Below are positions 46,478-55,440 of a stretch of 64,000 nucleotides of DNA, piece by piece. The position numbers and the translations under genes were made by a program. Numbering within the stretch: position 1 is the stretch's first letter; every line of letters starts with the position of its first letter. The notes under the pieces were generated by a model. That model searched no databases. It had not been told where the DNA came from and was given only the letters and a program-made list of their open reading frames with translations. The stretch is from Thermoproteota archaeon (lineage in GTDB: Archaea; Korarchaeota; Korarchaeia; Korarchaeales; Korarchaeaceae). The stretch spans positions 8,085 to 72,084 of the forward strand of contig JAOZFG010000003.1 in the NCBI GenBank assembly GCA_027491435.1. The letters run 5' to 3'.

Positions 46478-49400
46478 TCTCCTCATCACCACTTTCTCCA
46501 GTATCTCCTCGTAAAGCTCATTTATGACCTCCTGGTGATCGGCTTTACCTTCTTCCACTAAGCTCATCTTTCTCTCCAAGAGCCTGGTCCTCTCCTCACT
46601 TATCAAGTCCTCGTACTTGTTGACCAGGTAATTGTAAACCTCGATCCCCAGCTTTGTAGGCAGGAGCTTGCCCTTCCTCTCCACCACGTACCTCCTGATC
46701 AGCAACTTCTCCATTATGGTGGCGTAGGTTGAGGGCCGGCCTATTCCCCTCTCCTTCATCAGGGCGACAACGTCCCCTTGAGTGTAGAGCGGAACCAATG
46801 GCACCTTTACGTGCTTCACGTCTATTTCAATTTCCTTCGCTTTTAGCTCGGGCATGACCCTGTAGAAGTAGGGGTAGATGGTGGCCCAGCCGCCCTCAAC
46901 TGCTACAACTCTCTCGTCTACGAGTTCAACCCCGTCAAACTTTAGCTTGTACTTCTGCTTCTTAACTACGCTCTCCCTGGTCTGGGAAGCCATGAACCTC
47001 TTGAATATCAGATCATAGAGCCGGAAGTGGTCCTTCTTCATTGGTTCTGGCGGTATTATCACTCCCTCCTTAACGTACTCTATCAGATCGCCGGTGCTGA
47101 GCGGTTTTGTAGGCCTTATACACTCGTGGGCCCCTCCCTCGCCCCACTTCCTAGGGACGAACTCATCTCCTAGGTACTCGGAGGCTACCCTCCAACCCGC
47201 GTCGCTAACCCTCGTGCTGTCCGTCCTGTGGTAGGTTATCAGACCTGCCTCAAAGAGCGATTGAGCTACGTCCATTACTCTCCTGGCGTCCATTCCCAGG
47301 ACCCTATTAGCCTCCTTTATCATCTCGTCTGTCGTAAACGGTGGCGGAGGTACTACCCTCTCCTCTACAGTCTCTACCGGCTCTACAAAGGCCTTTCTCC
47401 TGCCTTGCTCCCCGTACTTTCCCTCAACCCTGAGGAACAGCTGGTCGCCCCTTATCAGGGTTATGACCTTCTTCTTCTTGTGTTCCTCATACCTCTCTAT
47501 TATCCATCCTAAGGTGGGGGTCTGGGCCCTCCCGGCTGAGAGAGACCTGTTTTTGAAAACTTTCTGAAGTTCTTCGGAGAGTTCGAAGCCTATCCACCTG
47601 TCCTCAATTCTTCTGACTATCTGAGCCTTAACTCTTGGCTCGTTTATCTCAAGGAGCTCCTGCATAGCTTTCATTATCGCCCTCTTGGTCACCTCATGAA
47701 ACTCAGCTCTGTATACCTCCTTGGCGATGCCCCTGATCATCTGGTATATGTCCCAGGCTATCTTCTCTCCCTCAGTGTCCGGATCGGTCCCTATGAGGAC
47801 CCTGTCAGCCTCGTAGGCCAGCCACCTTATCGCCTCTATGTTGTCCCTGCTGTCCCTTATGTTGGTGGACCCGCATCTGGGACACCTGTCCCCGTCGGTG
47901 AACTGGTAGCCGCAGTCGTAGCACCTCTTGATGGATGAGTACATGGGTATGAAGGTCCTGGTGTCATCGTACTCCTCTATGAGGACCCCGTGATAGCCGC
48001 CCACGGTGGACAGGTCCACCACGTGTCCCCCGCTGGCCGCCACTGTAACCACGTAGTTGCCGGTGGTGGTCTCATAAGTAACCACGTTCCCTATTATCCT
48101 CTTGCTCGGCTTTCCGAAGAACCTAGCTATGGTTCTGGCCTTATTTGGGCTCTCAACCACGAATAACACGGTTTTTAGGAGGCCTGCCGTCTCTCTGAAT
48201 TGTCCCTTAAGCTTCAGGTACTTCTCACGATCTTCATCTATTTCCTGTCTCAAAGAACTTATATCAACTTCGGAAACTTCGTAAAAATCTATGTCGTAAG
48301 CGCTGGCTCTCTTGAGAAAGCCTGTAAGGAGGGGATCCCTGTCGTAGACGAGGCTAGCGCCTTTGGTCATTCCACCAGGGTAAAGACGGGAGGCCCTGCC
48401 AGAGGCTTGTATGTAGCTCCTTATGTCTGGGATGACCACCTTCATAGTCTCCGTGTCTAGGACTATGTCCCCTGACTTGGATACCCTTTCTAGCGTTTCC
48501 TTGGACGATAGCACCTCCTTTAACTTCTCCCTGACCCTCTTAACGTTCTCCTCGGTTGGTCTGACCCTAGCGGCCATGGCGAGCCTCCTCTCGGCTGGGC
48601 CCAAGGCCTTGGCTATTACCGAGAACATGGCGACTACCACGTTGTCCTGCATTTCCTCTACTTCCTTCACGGTGAGCTCGAACCTTGGGACGCCGTAGAA
48701 CACAACGTACCTTATCCTGTGTGGGAGGTCCACCCCCCTGACCAGCACCCCGTAGGGCTTCGCGGCACCGATCAAGGCGTCCAGTTCTCCTTTGACGAAT
48801 GAGTTCAACAGTTCCTCGTCATAACCGGACATGACCCCTGCTTTGAGGCCCGCCTCGCTAAGCAGGGACTTTACCCTGTCGGCCATCTCCATCTTAGGAA
48901 TGAAGGCCAAAAGGCCTGGGCCCATCTCCTTGATGAAGCTCAGGAACCTTTCCTCGTCCTTGGTGAACATGTCTACGATGTTCCTCAGGTACTCCTGCCT
49001 TATCACCCCAACGTCAAAGCCTAACAGGTTTCTGAAAAGTTGGGCCCTCTTACCAGGCCTTCCAGTCGCCGTTGATACCACTAAAACTCCCTTAGGCCTC
49101 CTATCTACTGGCTCCCCCCTGTAGGCCTTCCTTATATCTTCGTCGGTGAACCCCATTAGCTTCAGCACTTTGTCCACGTTTCTGGAGTTCTTCAAGAAGG
49201 AGTCGACGTCGTCTACGAATATGAATGAGAAGGGGGCAGCCCTCCTTATCTCCTCAGCCCTCCTTGACAGGAACTGGGAGGTGGTTATTAGGATGTCAAA
49301 GTCCCCCTCAGTAAGCTTCTCCATGAACTCCCTCTTCTCCTTGGCCTTCATGTCCCCGCGGTAGGCTAATATAGAGACTTCCTTGCCAGCCTTCTCCACG

Positions 49401-49741
49401 TAGCCTTCCAGGATCTCCTTGGCCTGGCTGACCAGCAGGGAGGTTGGAAATATTAGGTAGCTTCTACCCTCACCGGCCAGGTAATAGCTAGTGATCAGGC
49501 CAAAAACCGTCTTGCCAACTCCCGTGGGGGCTATGGCAGCGAAACTCCTTCCCGACAGGACCCTCTTGGCCCAAGTCCTCTGAACCTCCCAGGGAGGCGA
49601 GCCCACGCACTTCCTGAAGAATTCCTGGTAATCCTCTAGCCTCTCCATCAGTTCCCTAATTTCCTCGGTTATGCAGGGCTCACCATCAGCGAACACGAGG
49701 CCCCTGTCGGGACAGAGCTCCTTGAAGGCCGCCTGGATCAT
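46466..49741 (-). CDS. rgy: Reverse gyrase
   Basis: APTGVGKT, DDVD and QASGRASR helicase-like motifs plus TOPRIM (VESPNKA, DPDTEGE) and ITYHRTDS of topoisomerase IA. Confidence 0.98.
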   Translation of the reverse strand: MIQAAFKELCPDRGLVFADGEPCITEEIRELMERLEDYQEFFRKCVGSPPWEVQRTWAKRVLSGRSFAAIAPTGVGKTVFGLITSYYLAGEGRSYLIFPTSLLVSQAKEILEGYVEKAGKEVSILAYRGDMKAKEKREFMEKLTEGDFDILITTSQFLSRRAEEIRRAAPFSFIFVDDVDSFLKNSRNVDKVLKLMGFTDEDIRKAYRGEPVDRRPKGVLVVSTATGRPGKRAQLFRNLLGFDVGVIRQEYLRNIVDMFTKDEERFLSFIKEMGPGLLAFIPKMEMADRVKSLLSEAGLKAGVMSGYDEELLNSFVKGELDALIGAAKPYGVLVRGVDLPHRIRYVVFYGVPRFELTVKEVEEMQDNVVVAMFSVIAKALGPAERRLAMAARVRPTEENVKRVREKLKEVLSSKETLERVSKSGDIVLDTETMKVVIPDIRSYIQASGRASRLYPGGMTKGASLVYDRDPLLTGFLKRASAYDIDFYEVSEVDISSLRQEIDEDREKYLKLKGQFRETAGLLKTVLFVVESPNKARTIARFFGKPSKRIIGNVVTYETTTGNYVVTVAASGGHVVDLSTVGGYHGVLIEEYDDTRTFIPMYSSIKRCYDCGYQFTDGDRCPRCGSTNIRDSRDNIEAIRWLAYEADRVLIGTDPDTEGEKIAWDIYQMIRGIAKEVYRAEFHEVTKRAIMKAMQELLEINEPRVKAQIVRRIEDRWIGFELSEELQKVFKNRSLSAGRAQTPTLGWIIERYEEHKKKKVITLIRGDQLFLRVEGKYGEQGRRKAFVEPVETVEERVVPPPPFTTDEMIKEANRVLGMDARRVMDVAQSLFEAGLITYHRTDSTRVSDAGWRVASEYLGDEFVPRKWGEGGAHECIRPTKPLSTGDLIEYVKEGVIIPPEPMKKDHFRLYDLIFKRFMASQTRESVVKKQKYKLKFDGVELVDERVVAVEGGWATIYPYFYRVMPELKAKEIEIDVKHVKVPLVPLYTQGDVVALMKERGIGRPSTYATIMEKLLIRRYVVERKGKLLPTKLGIEVYNYLVNKYEDLISEERTRLLERKMSLVEEGKADHQEVINELYEEILEKVVMRRSLH

Positions 49742-49829
49742 CCGATTCACTCCCTTAATAACGGATGATTACCGGCGTAAAACGTATCATAAAACCCCTT
49801 TTTAACTTCTTAAAAAGCGTTTTCACCGG

Positions 49830-50168
49830 ATGAGAGCGGTGAGGTTAGCCATAACGATCAGCGGTGATTCCAGTAGGCTGGTTGAGGGCGTTGCAGTTGT
49901 GGAGCTGGATAGGTCGGGCCTGGTGTCCGATATAATGTTCATAGGGGGAATAGAATCCATGGATGTAGAGTCTCTGAGAGAGCTGCTATCTGAGCTGGAC
50001 GTCGACTACATACTGGTCAAGGAAAGCCTGGCAGGCTACCTGGGCTTTCGGAATAGAGTTTACCTTTATAGGTCGGATGGAATAAAAGATATACTTAGGG
50101 AGTTTCTTACCGGTAAGGTAAGGCCCCTCGAGGAGGACCAAGGGGAGCTCCCCACTCCCTGGAATTGA
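49830..50168 (+). CDS. Hypothetical protein, possibly a degenerate NifX/NifB (FeMo-co binding) fold
   Basis: RLAI...VVE...LLSELDVDYIL...ILREFLTGKV pattern. Confidence 0.45.
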   Translation: MRAVRLAITISGDSSRLVEGVAVVELDRSGLVSDIMFIGGIESMDVESLRELLSELDVDYILVKESLAGYLGFRNRVYLYRSDGIKDILREFLTGKVRPLEEDQGELPTPWN

Positions 50169-50177
50169 GGTGAACCT

Positions 50178-50402
50178 ATGAGGAAGGTGGTCAAGCTCAG
50201 GTTGAAGAGGTACGAAAGGGATGGGAGGCCCTACGTCAGCTACCTGCTGACGGCCCCGAAGGCCTTCGTCGAGGCTCTTGGGTGGGGCGAGGGCACCCTG
50301 CTGGAGGTCACCCTCTCCGACGGATTCCTGGTTTACAGGCCTTACAAGGTTCAAAAAAGGAAGGTCAGGTACCACAGGCTTCAGCTAACCTCCAACAGAT
50401 AG
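50178..50402 (+). CDS. AbrB/MazE/SpoVT-type DNA-binding protein
   Basis: SYLLTAPKAFVEALGWGEGTLLEV motif. Confidence 0.8.
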   Translation: MRKVVKLRLKRYERDGRPYVSYLLTAPKAFVEALGWGEGTLLEVTLSDGFLVYRPYKVQKRKVRYHRLQLTSNR

Positions 50403-51538
50403 CCCTTAAGGTAATGTGTCCAGGGATGTAATGGATCCACGGGGTGGTCCGGGGACTGCCCTCTCTTGCCCAGAACCTTGAACTCCTTGCCAGTCAGCTT
50501 GGCGGCCCTCTCTAGGACCTTAAGGAAGGTCCTCTCGTCCACGAACTGACTGCAGCTGCTGGTGAATATAAGTCCCGATTCCACCTTCTCCATGGCGGCC
50601 GCGTTAACTGCGGTGTAGGTCCTCAGGCCCGCGTTCAGCATTTCTCTCCTAGGCACTAAGGCTGGTGGGTCCACTACAACCAGGTCGTAGATGTTGTGAT
50701 CGGACTCCATGAACTCCTTCACCCTCTGAGCTACGCCCGCCACCTGGACCCGGTTGAGCTTGGCGTTCTCCCTCAAAAGGGCTATAGCCTCCGTCGACTC
50801 GTCAACTGACGTCACCTTCGCCCCTGATATGGCCGCGTGTATGCCGAAACCCCCCGTGTAAGAGTAGAGGTCCAGCACCTTCATGTCAGGGCCAGCCAGC
50901 TCTCCCACTTCTAGCCTGTTAGGCCGCTGGTCTATGAAGAAGCCCGTCTTCTGCCCTTGCACCACGTCTACCTTGAAGAGAGAGGGTCCCTCCCTTATTA
51001 TCGCCTCCTTCTTCCCTCCCTTTATAAACCTCCTCTCCGTTGGGAGGTTCACCTCCCTCCTGGGCCTGCTGTCGTTCTTAAGGAATATGGTGTCCGGCCT
51101 CAAGAGCTCGTCCAGGATTGAGGTTATCTTGTTAATCCTCCTGTCTATCCCAAGGGAGGTGGAGGACATCACCACCAAGTCGTCGTACACGTCCACTATA
51201 AGGCCAGGAAGCCCATCGGCCTCGCTGTGAACTAGCCTGAAGAAGTTCCCCAGGTTCAGCCTCTCCCTCATCCTCAAAGCGGACTCGAGCCTGCTCCTGA
51301 AGAGCTCCTCAGGCGAGAACTTTAAGTCCGTTGATAGAACCCTCACCGCTATTGCCCCCACTCCTTCGAAGAAGCCGTAACCCAGCGCTTCCTGTTCGTC
51401 CTTAACTACTACAAGGTCCCCCCCGCTTACCGGCCCCCTCACCTCCTTGACCCACTTCACGTATATGTTTCTGACCCCCTTCCTTAGCCTCTCTGCCCCT
51501 CCCTTCTTCAAGATCACCTCTCCAACGAAGGACCACAT
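50381..51538 (-). CDS. rlmI: RlmI-like class I SAM-dependent rRNA m5C methyltransferase
   Basis: PUA-like N-terminus, RLVHSEADGLPGL, GQKTGFFIDQR, LDLYSYTGGF, DPP, SSCS and YLK. Confidence 0.88.
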   Translation of the reverse strand: MWSFVGEVILKKGGAERLRKGVRNIYVKWVKEVRGPVSGGDLVVVKDEQEALGYGFFEGVGAIAVRVLSTDLKFSPEELFRSRLESALRMRERLNLGNFFRLVHSEADGLPGLIVDVYDDLVVMSSTSLGIDRRINKITSILDELLRPDTIFLKNDSRPRREVNLPTERRFIKGGKKEAIIREGPSLFKVDVVQGQKTGFFIDQRPNRLEVGELAGPDMKVLDLYSYTGGFGIHAAISGAKVTSVDESTEAIALLRENAKLNRVQVAGVAQRVKEFMESDHNIYDLVVVDPPALVPRREMLNAGLRTYTAVNAAAMEKVESGLIFTSSCSQFVDERTFLKVLERAAKLTGKEFKVLGKRGQSPDHPVDPLHPWTHYLKGYLLEVS

Positions 51539-51539
51539 C

Positions 51540-52670
51540 TTACCTCCTCAACATCAGCGGGTCCTTTGGAAGGGCCTCCGTGAGAACTTCAGCTTCCTTC
51601 TTACCTATCACCACGGTGTCCTCTATCCTTATTCCTCCCCATCCCTTTAAGTAAATGCCTGGTTCGTCCGTGACGGCCATCCCCTCTAAGAGCTTACCAG
51701 TGGCCCCTACCACTACCCTGGGGGGCTCGTGTATGTCTATGCCTATGCCGTGTCCCAGAGTGTGCACGTAATATTCGAGGAGGCCCCTATCGTGTAGGAC
51801 CTTCCTTGCCTCTACATCCGGCTTCTCCAGCTTCTGCCCGTCCTTCATGTAGTTGAGGGCCCTCTCCTGAGCCTCCTTGACCGCATCGTACTTTAGAAGG
51901 AAGTCCTCGTCTGGCTTGCCCACGAACATGGTCCTGGTCATGTCACTGCAGTAGCCCTCGTAAATGGCGCCGAAGTCCATCAGAAGTATCTCATCCCTTC
52001 CCAGCTTCTTCTCGGTGACCACGTGATGGGCGTTGAACGAGTTCGCTCCGATGGCCACAATTGGAGGAAAGCTAGGCCCTGAGGCGCCCAGCTCCACCAT
52101 TTCAAATATCAGCCTGTTGGCTATTTGCCTCTCAGTCATTCCCTCCCTTATCTCCAGGTTTTCAAAGGCCTTTATTGCTATTTCGGCACTCTTCTTCATG
52201 ACTTGTACTTCGTACTCGCTCTTAACCGCCCTCATCCTGACCAGCTGCTCCGTGACGTCTACGATGGCCGCGCTCTTCTTCCCCCTCCTGGTCTTCTTTC
52301 TGAGAAGCTCGATCTGCTTACTGTCCTGTAGGAAGTCTACAGCTATCTTCCTTGTCCCCTCCCCGAACTTCTGGGCGAAGTACTCAACGACCTTGGGGTT
52401 CCTCACTTCCTCCCTCTTGAGGCCGAAGTAAGGCCTTATCACGTCCACCTCGTAGGGGCTCTCCTGTTCGGCCAGCTCATCCCCGAAGGCGTACTTGGCG
52501 ATCAGCACTGGATCCCCGCTCCTAGGGACCACCAGCATCATAGCGTTCTTCGTGCCCGAAAGGTAGAACATGTTGCTCTCCCTCTGAATCAGAGTGTAGT
52601 CAACGCCCCTCCGGGACATCCACCTCTTCAGCCTCCTAACCCTCTTATCCAGCTCCTTACGGGGGATCAT
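51540..52670 (-). CDS. pepQ: Xaa-Pro aminopeptidase/dipeptidase (M24)
   Basis: DFGA...YCSDMTRT, HTLGHGIGIDIHE, EPGIY and GIRIED. Confidence 0.9.
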   Translation of the reverse strand: MIPRKELDKRVRRLKRWMSRRGVDYTLIQRESNMFYLSGTKNAMMLVVPRSGDPVLIAKYAFGDELAEQESPYEVDVIRPYFGLKREEVRNPKVVEYFAQKFGEGTRKIAVDFLQDSKQIELLRKKTRRGKKSAAIVDVTEQLVRMRAVKSEYEVQVMKKSAEIAIKAFENLEIREGMTERQIANRLIFEMVELGASGPSFPPIVAIGANSFNAHHVVTEKKLGRDEILLMDFGAIYEGYCSDMTRTMFVGKPDEDFLLKYDAVKEAQERALNYMKDGQKLEKPDVEARKVLHDRGLLEYYVHTLGHGIGIDIHEPPRVVVGATGKLLEGMAVTDEPGIYLKGWGGIRIEDTVVIGKKEAEVLTEALPKDPLMLRR

Positions 52671-52673
52671 GGC

Positions 52674-52958
52674 CTAACCTCCCAGGATGTTTAGGACCTT
52701 CACAAGGCTTCTCTCAGCTTCATCCATCCTGCCTGACCTTGCCGAGCCCACCGAGTTTATCAAGAGCAGTTCAACTTCAGAATTTAGCTTTTCTGGGGTG
52801 AGGGCCGGTATTACCCTATCTATTAGGAGCTTCACCCTCCGACTACAGCTCGGGTACACGGACCTTAACTCGTTGAGGATGGCCTTTACAGACTGCTCTT
52901 TCCTCTTCTCATCTGACCTAGACCTTATCTCCTTTTCCCACCTCTTGAAAAACGACAT
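52674..52958 (-). CDS. Hypothetical protein
   Basis: 94-aa helical ORF tightly packed between co-oriented genes. Confidence 0.65.
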   Translation of the reverse strand: MSFFKRWEKEIRSRSDEKRKEQSVKAILNELRSVYPSCSRRVKLLIDRVIPALTPEKLNSEVELLLINSVGSARSGRMDEAERSLVKVLNILGG

Positions 52959-52969
52959 GGGATCCCTCC

Positions 52970-53797
52970 CTACTCATAACCCTCCTCCTTAGCCAAGAGG
53001 TCCAAGTCCATGGTGATTATAGGGTAGAACTCTCTAGGAATGCCAGGAAGTTTCCTCTCGTCCACGACCTTCCAGTACTTCCCGCAAGCGTCACAGAAGT
53101 AAAGCCTATAGGCTCCCCCCTCCAGCTCGTAGAACCCTAGCTTCTCGTTATCTTCGTTACCGCAGAACGGGCACTTTATCCTCTTGAAGGGCCACTCCAT
53201 CCCGCAGACCTCGCACTTGAGGGTCAGCTTACCCCCCTCCCCGTGCAGGAGTCCGACTTTCGTATGGCTCCCGCAGACGGGACAATAGCCGTTGCCCCAG
53301 TTAGAACCATCGAAGTGCTCCCTGAAGCTGTCCCTTATCGAGAAGAGAAATGGTTGCACCACCCAGACTGTGAGGGCCTGCAGTATTTCGGAGTTAACCC
53401 TTGTTTTATCAGCTAACTCTAGGACGCCCTCCTCCCCTTCCCTGAGGGCCGTCTCAACTAACTCCTCCAGGTTAAGGGCCCCCTCAACTATTGCACTCTC
53501 CACCTCGGCTAAGTCCTCTACCATATCCTCCCTGTGAGCCTTAACAACGCTGATTATCTTTAAAGCAGCCTCTTTGAGCTCTTTCTCCTCAAATTTAAAA
53601 TCTATGAAGTCTACCGCCGGTTTTCCTGTGTTAACTACGCTGTTAGCCACCTCCTGAAAATTCACCGATGAGAACTTCTCCCGCAACCCCTCAGATATTA
53701 TCCTCTGAACTGTTATAAGCTCCGAAAAAAACAGCAGGGGTTCCTTGAGGTCAGGCCTCTTCTCAGAGAGCCTCTCTATCGCTTCCCTTGCTTCCAT
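52970..53797 (-). CDS. fdhE: Formate dehydrogenase accessory protein FdhE
   Basis: CPVCGS, CEVCGMEW...KCPFCG, CDACGKY.K and LDLLA; downstream of the fdh operon. Confidence 0.92.
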   Translation of the reverse strand: MEAREAIERLSEKRPDLKEPLLFFSELITVQRIISEGLREKFSSVNFQEVANSVVNTGKPAVDFIDFKFEEKELKEAALKIISVVKAHREDMVEDLAEVESAIVEGALNLEELVETALREGEEGVLELADKTRVNSEILQALTVWVVQPFLFSIRDSFREHFDGSNWGNGYCPVCGSHTKVGLLHGEGGKLTLKCEVCGMEWPFKRIKCPFCGNEDNEKLGFYELEGGAYRLYFCDACGKYWKVVDERKLPGIPREFYPIITMDLDLLAKEEGYE

Positions 53798-53910
53798 CTC
53801 GATCCATCTAGAATACCCTCATCCCTTTTAAATTATGCTCGTAGACCTCCTCTCTGCGCTTCACCGGGGTAACGTGCCTTTAAGCATCACAAAAGAAGGG
53901 AGAGGGGAAG

Positions 53911-54636
53911 TTATTCCTTGGCCCTCTCGTACCAGCTCGGGTGATGCTCGGCCACGTACTCCTCGGTGAGCCTACCGGTCCTGAACATGGCCCTGACGAA
54001 GGGCCTGTGCTCGGGTATGAGGAGGGCGGCGTACACGTGAATTACCAGCCCTATGGCCGCTATGAAGAAACCTATATCGTGTAGCAGGTGAGCGGCTTCC
54101 CAGACGCTGGCCGGGAAGGCGTCCCTGAACCACATTACGATGCCGGTCAAGTACATTATGACCATGCCTATCGAAGCAGTCCAGATCCAGCCCTTCTGCC
54201 CTAGGTTGTACTTGGGGAACTTGACGGGCTTCCTGTGTATGTAGTAGTCGATCATGTCCTGAACGCCTTTCTTGAAGCAGGAGAAGCTCCAGCACTCTGG
54301 CATGAATTCGGACTTCTTTAAGTCGGCGAGCATCTTTATGAAGAACGGGATGAGCACCATCGCAAGGCCCACAGCTGAGAGCCTGTGTATAAATCTAGCC
54401 ACTTGAACTCCGAGGCTGTAGGGGTCATAGCCGCTGATTATGGTGGACAGTGGGTAGCCGAAGATGTAGGCAAGCCACCCGAACCAGTCCTTGCTTATTA
54501 GGGGCAGCCCAGTTATGAAGAAGAATAGAGTGAAGTGTATCAGGTGTTTGTGAGCCCATATTTGGGCCTCGCTAAAGGCCCTCACTGATTCACACTTGCT
54601 CCTCCACTCGGCCAAGGAAATGCACTCCTCAGCCAT
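53911..54636 (-). CDS. fdnI: Formate dehydrogenase cytochrome b (gamma) subunit
   Basis: TM helices with heme-ligand His (IH, HR, LHD, IHVY); KYNLGQK; W-containing tail HHPSW. Confidence 0.9.
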   Translation of the reverse strand: MAEECISLAEWRSKCESVRAFSEAQIWAHKHLIHFTLFFFITGLPLISKDWFGWLAYIFGYPLSTIISGYDPYSLGVQVARFIHRLSAVGLAMVLIPFFIKMLADLKKSEFMPECWSFSCFKKGVQDMIDYYIHRKPVKFPKYNLGQKGWIWTASIGMVIMYLTGIVMWFRDAFPASVWEAAHLLHDIGFFIAAIGLVIHVYAALLIPEHRPFVRAMFRTGRLTEEYVAEHHPSWYERAKE

Positions 54637-54637
54637 A

Positions 54638-55435
54638 TCACTCACCTCCTCCCTCCTCCTCTTTCTTCTTCTCTTCCATCCTCTTAGCCCTCCAGAAGAC
54701 TAGGTGGCCTAAAGCACCTATGAGGGTCAGGCCCACTAGGCCCCACCCAATAGGCCTTATGGCGTCGATGGTAGCCCTTGCAGCCTTTCTCGGATCCTTG
54801 AGGAGCCTGTCTCCGAAGTATTTGGGGTCGGTGAGCTTGCCCTTGTACTTCTTGGTCACGTATATGTAGTGGGTCTTGCCCACGTAGTCGTTGACGTTGT
54901 CCCCGTAGACCTCATAGCCCTCTGACTTGAACTTGTTGACCAGCTCATCGTAATCTCCGAAGACCAAGGCGTCAGTTGGACAGGCTGACACGCAAGCAGG
55001 CTCCAAACCGTTCTGTATCCTGTCGATGCAGAAAGTGCACTTGTACACCTTCTCCGTGTACTCGTCATACCTGGGAACGTCGTAGGGACAGGCTTCTACG
55101 CAGTACCTGCAGCCTATACACTTGTCCTCCCTGATCACCACGGCCCCGCTCGGGTGCACTTCTATAGCGCCCACAGGACAGGCGTTAGCGCAGGGGGCGT
55201 TGCTGCAGTGCATACACTGCCTCTTGAAGAACAGCCAGTGGAAGCCATCACCGTCAACCACCTCCTTGGCTTCCATGACCATCCAGACGTTGGGCAGCAA
55301 GTCAGGCGGGTTGGTCATCGTCGGGCTGAAGCTGGTAACCTCTGGCCTCGTGTTGTTCCAGACGTGACAAGCTACCTGGCAGGCCCTACAGAAGATGCAG
55401 TTATCAACATTAAAGGCTATGGCCTTCTCCCCCAT
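54638..55435 (-). CDS. fdnH: Formate dehydrogenase Fe-S (beta) subunit
   Basis: CIFCRACQVAC, QCMHC..APCANACP, CIGCRYCVEACP and KCTFC.DR; C-terminal TM helix. Confidence 0.92.
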   Translation of the reverse strand: MGEKAIAFNVDNCIFCRACQVACHVWNNTRPEVTSFSPTMTNPPDLLPNVWMVMEAKEVVDGDGFHWLFFKRQCMHCSNAPCANACPVGAIEVHPSGAVVIREDKCIGCRYCVEACPYDVPRYDEYTEKVYKCTFCIDRIQNGLEPACVSACPTDALVFGDYDELVNKFKSEGYEVYGDNVNDYVGKTHYIYVTKKYKGKLTDPKYFGDRLLKDPRKAARATIDAIRPIGWGLVGLTLIGALGHLVFWRAKRMEEKKKEEEGGGE

Positions 55436-55440
55436 CTAGA

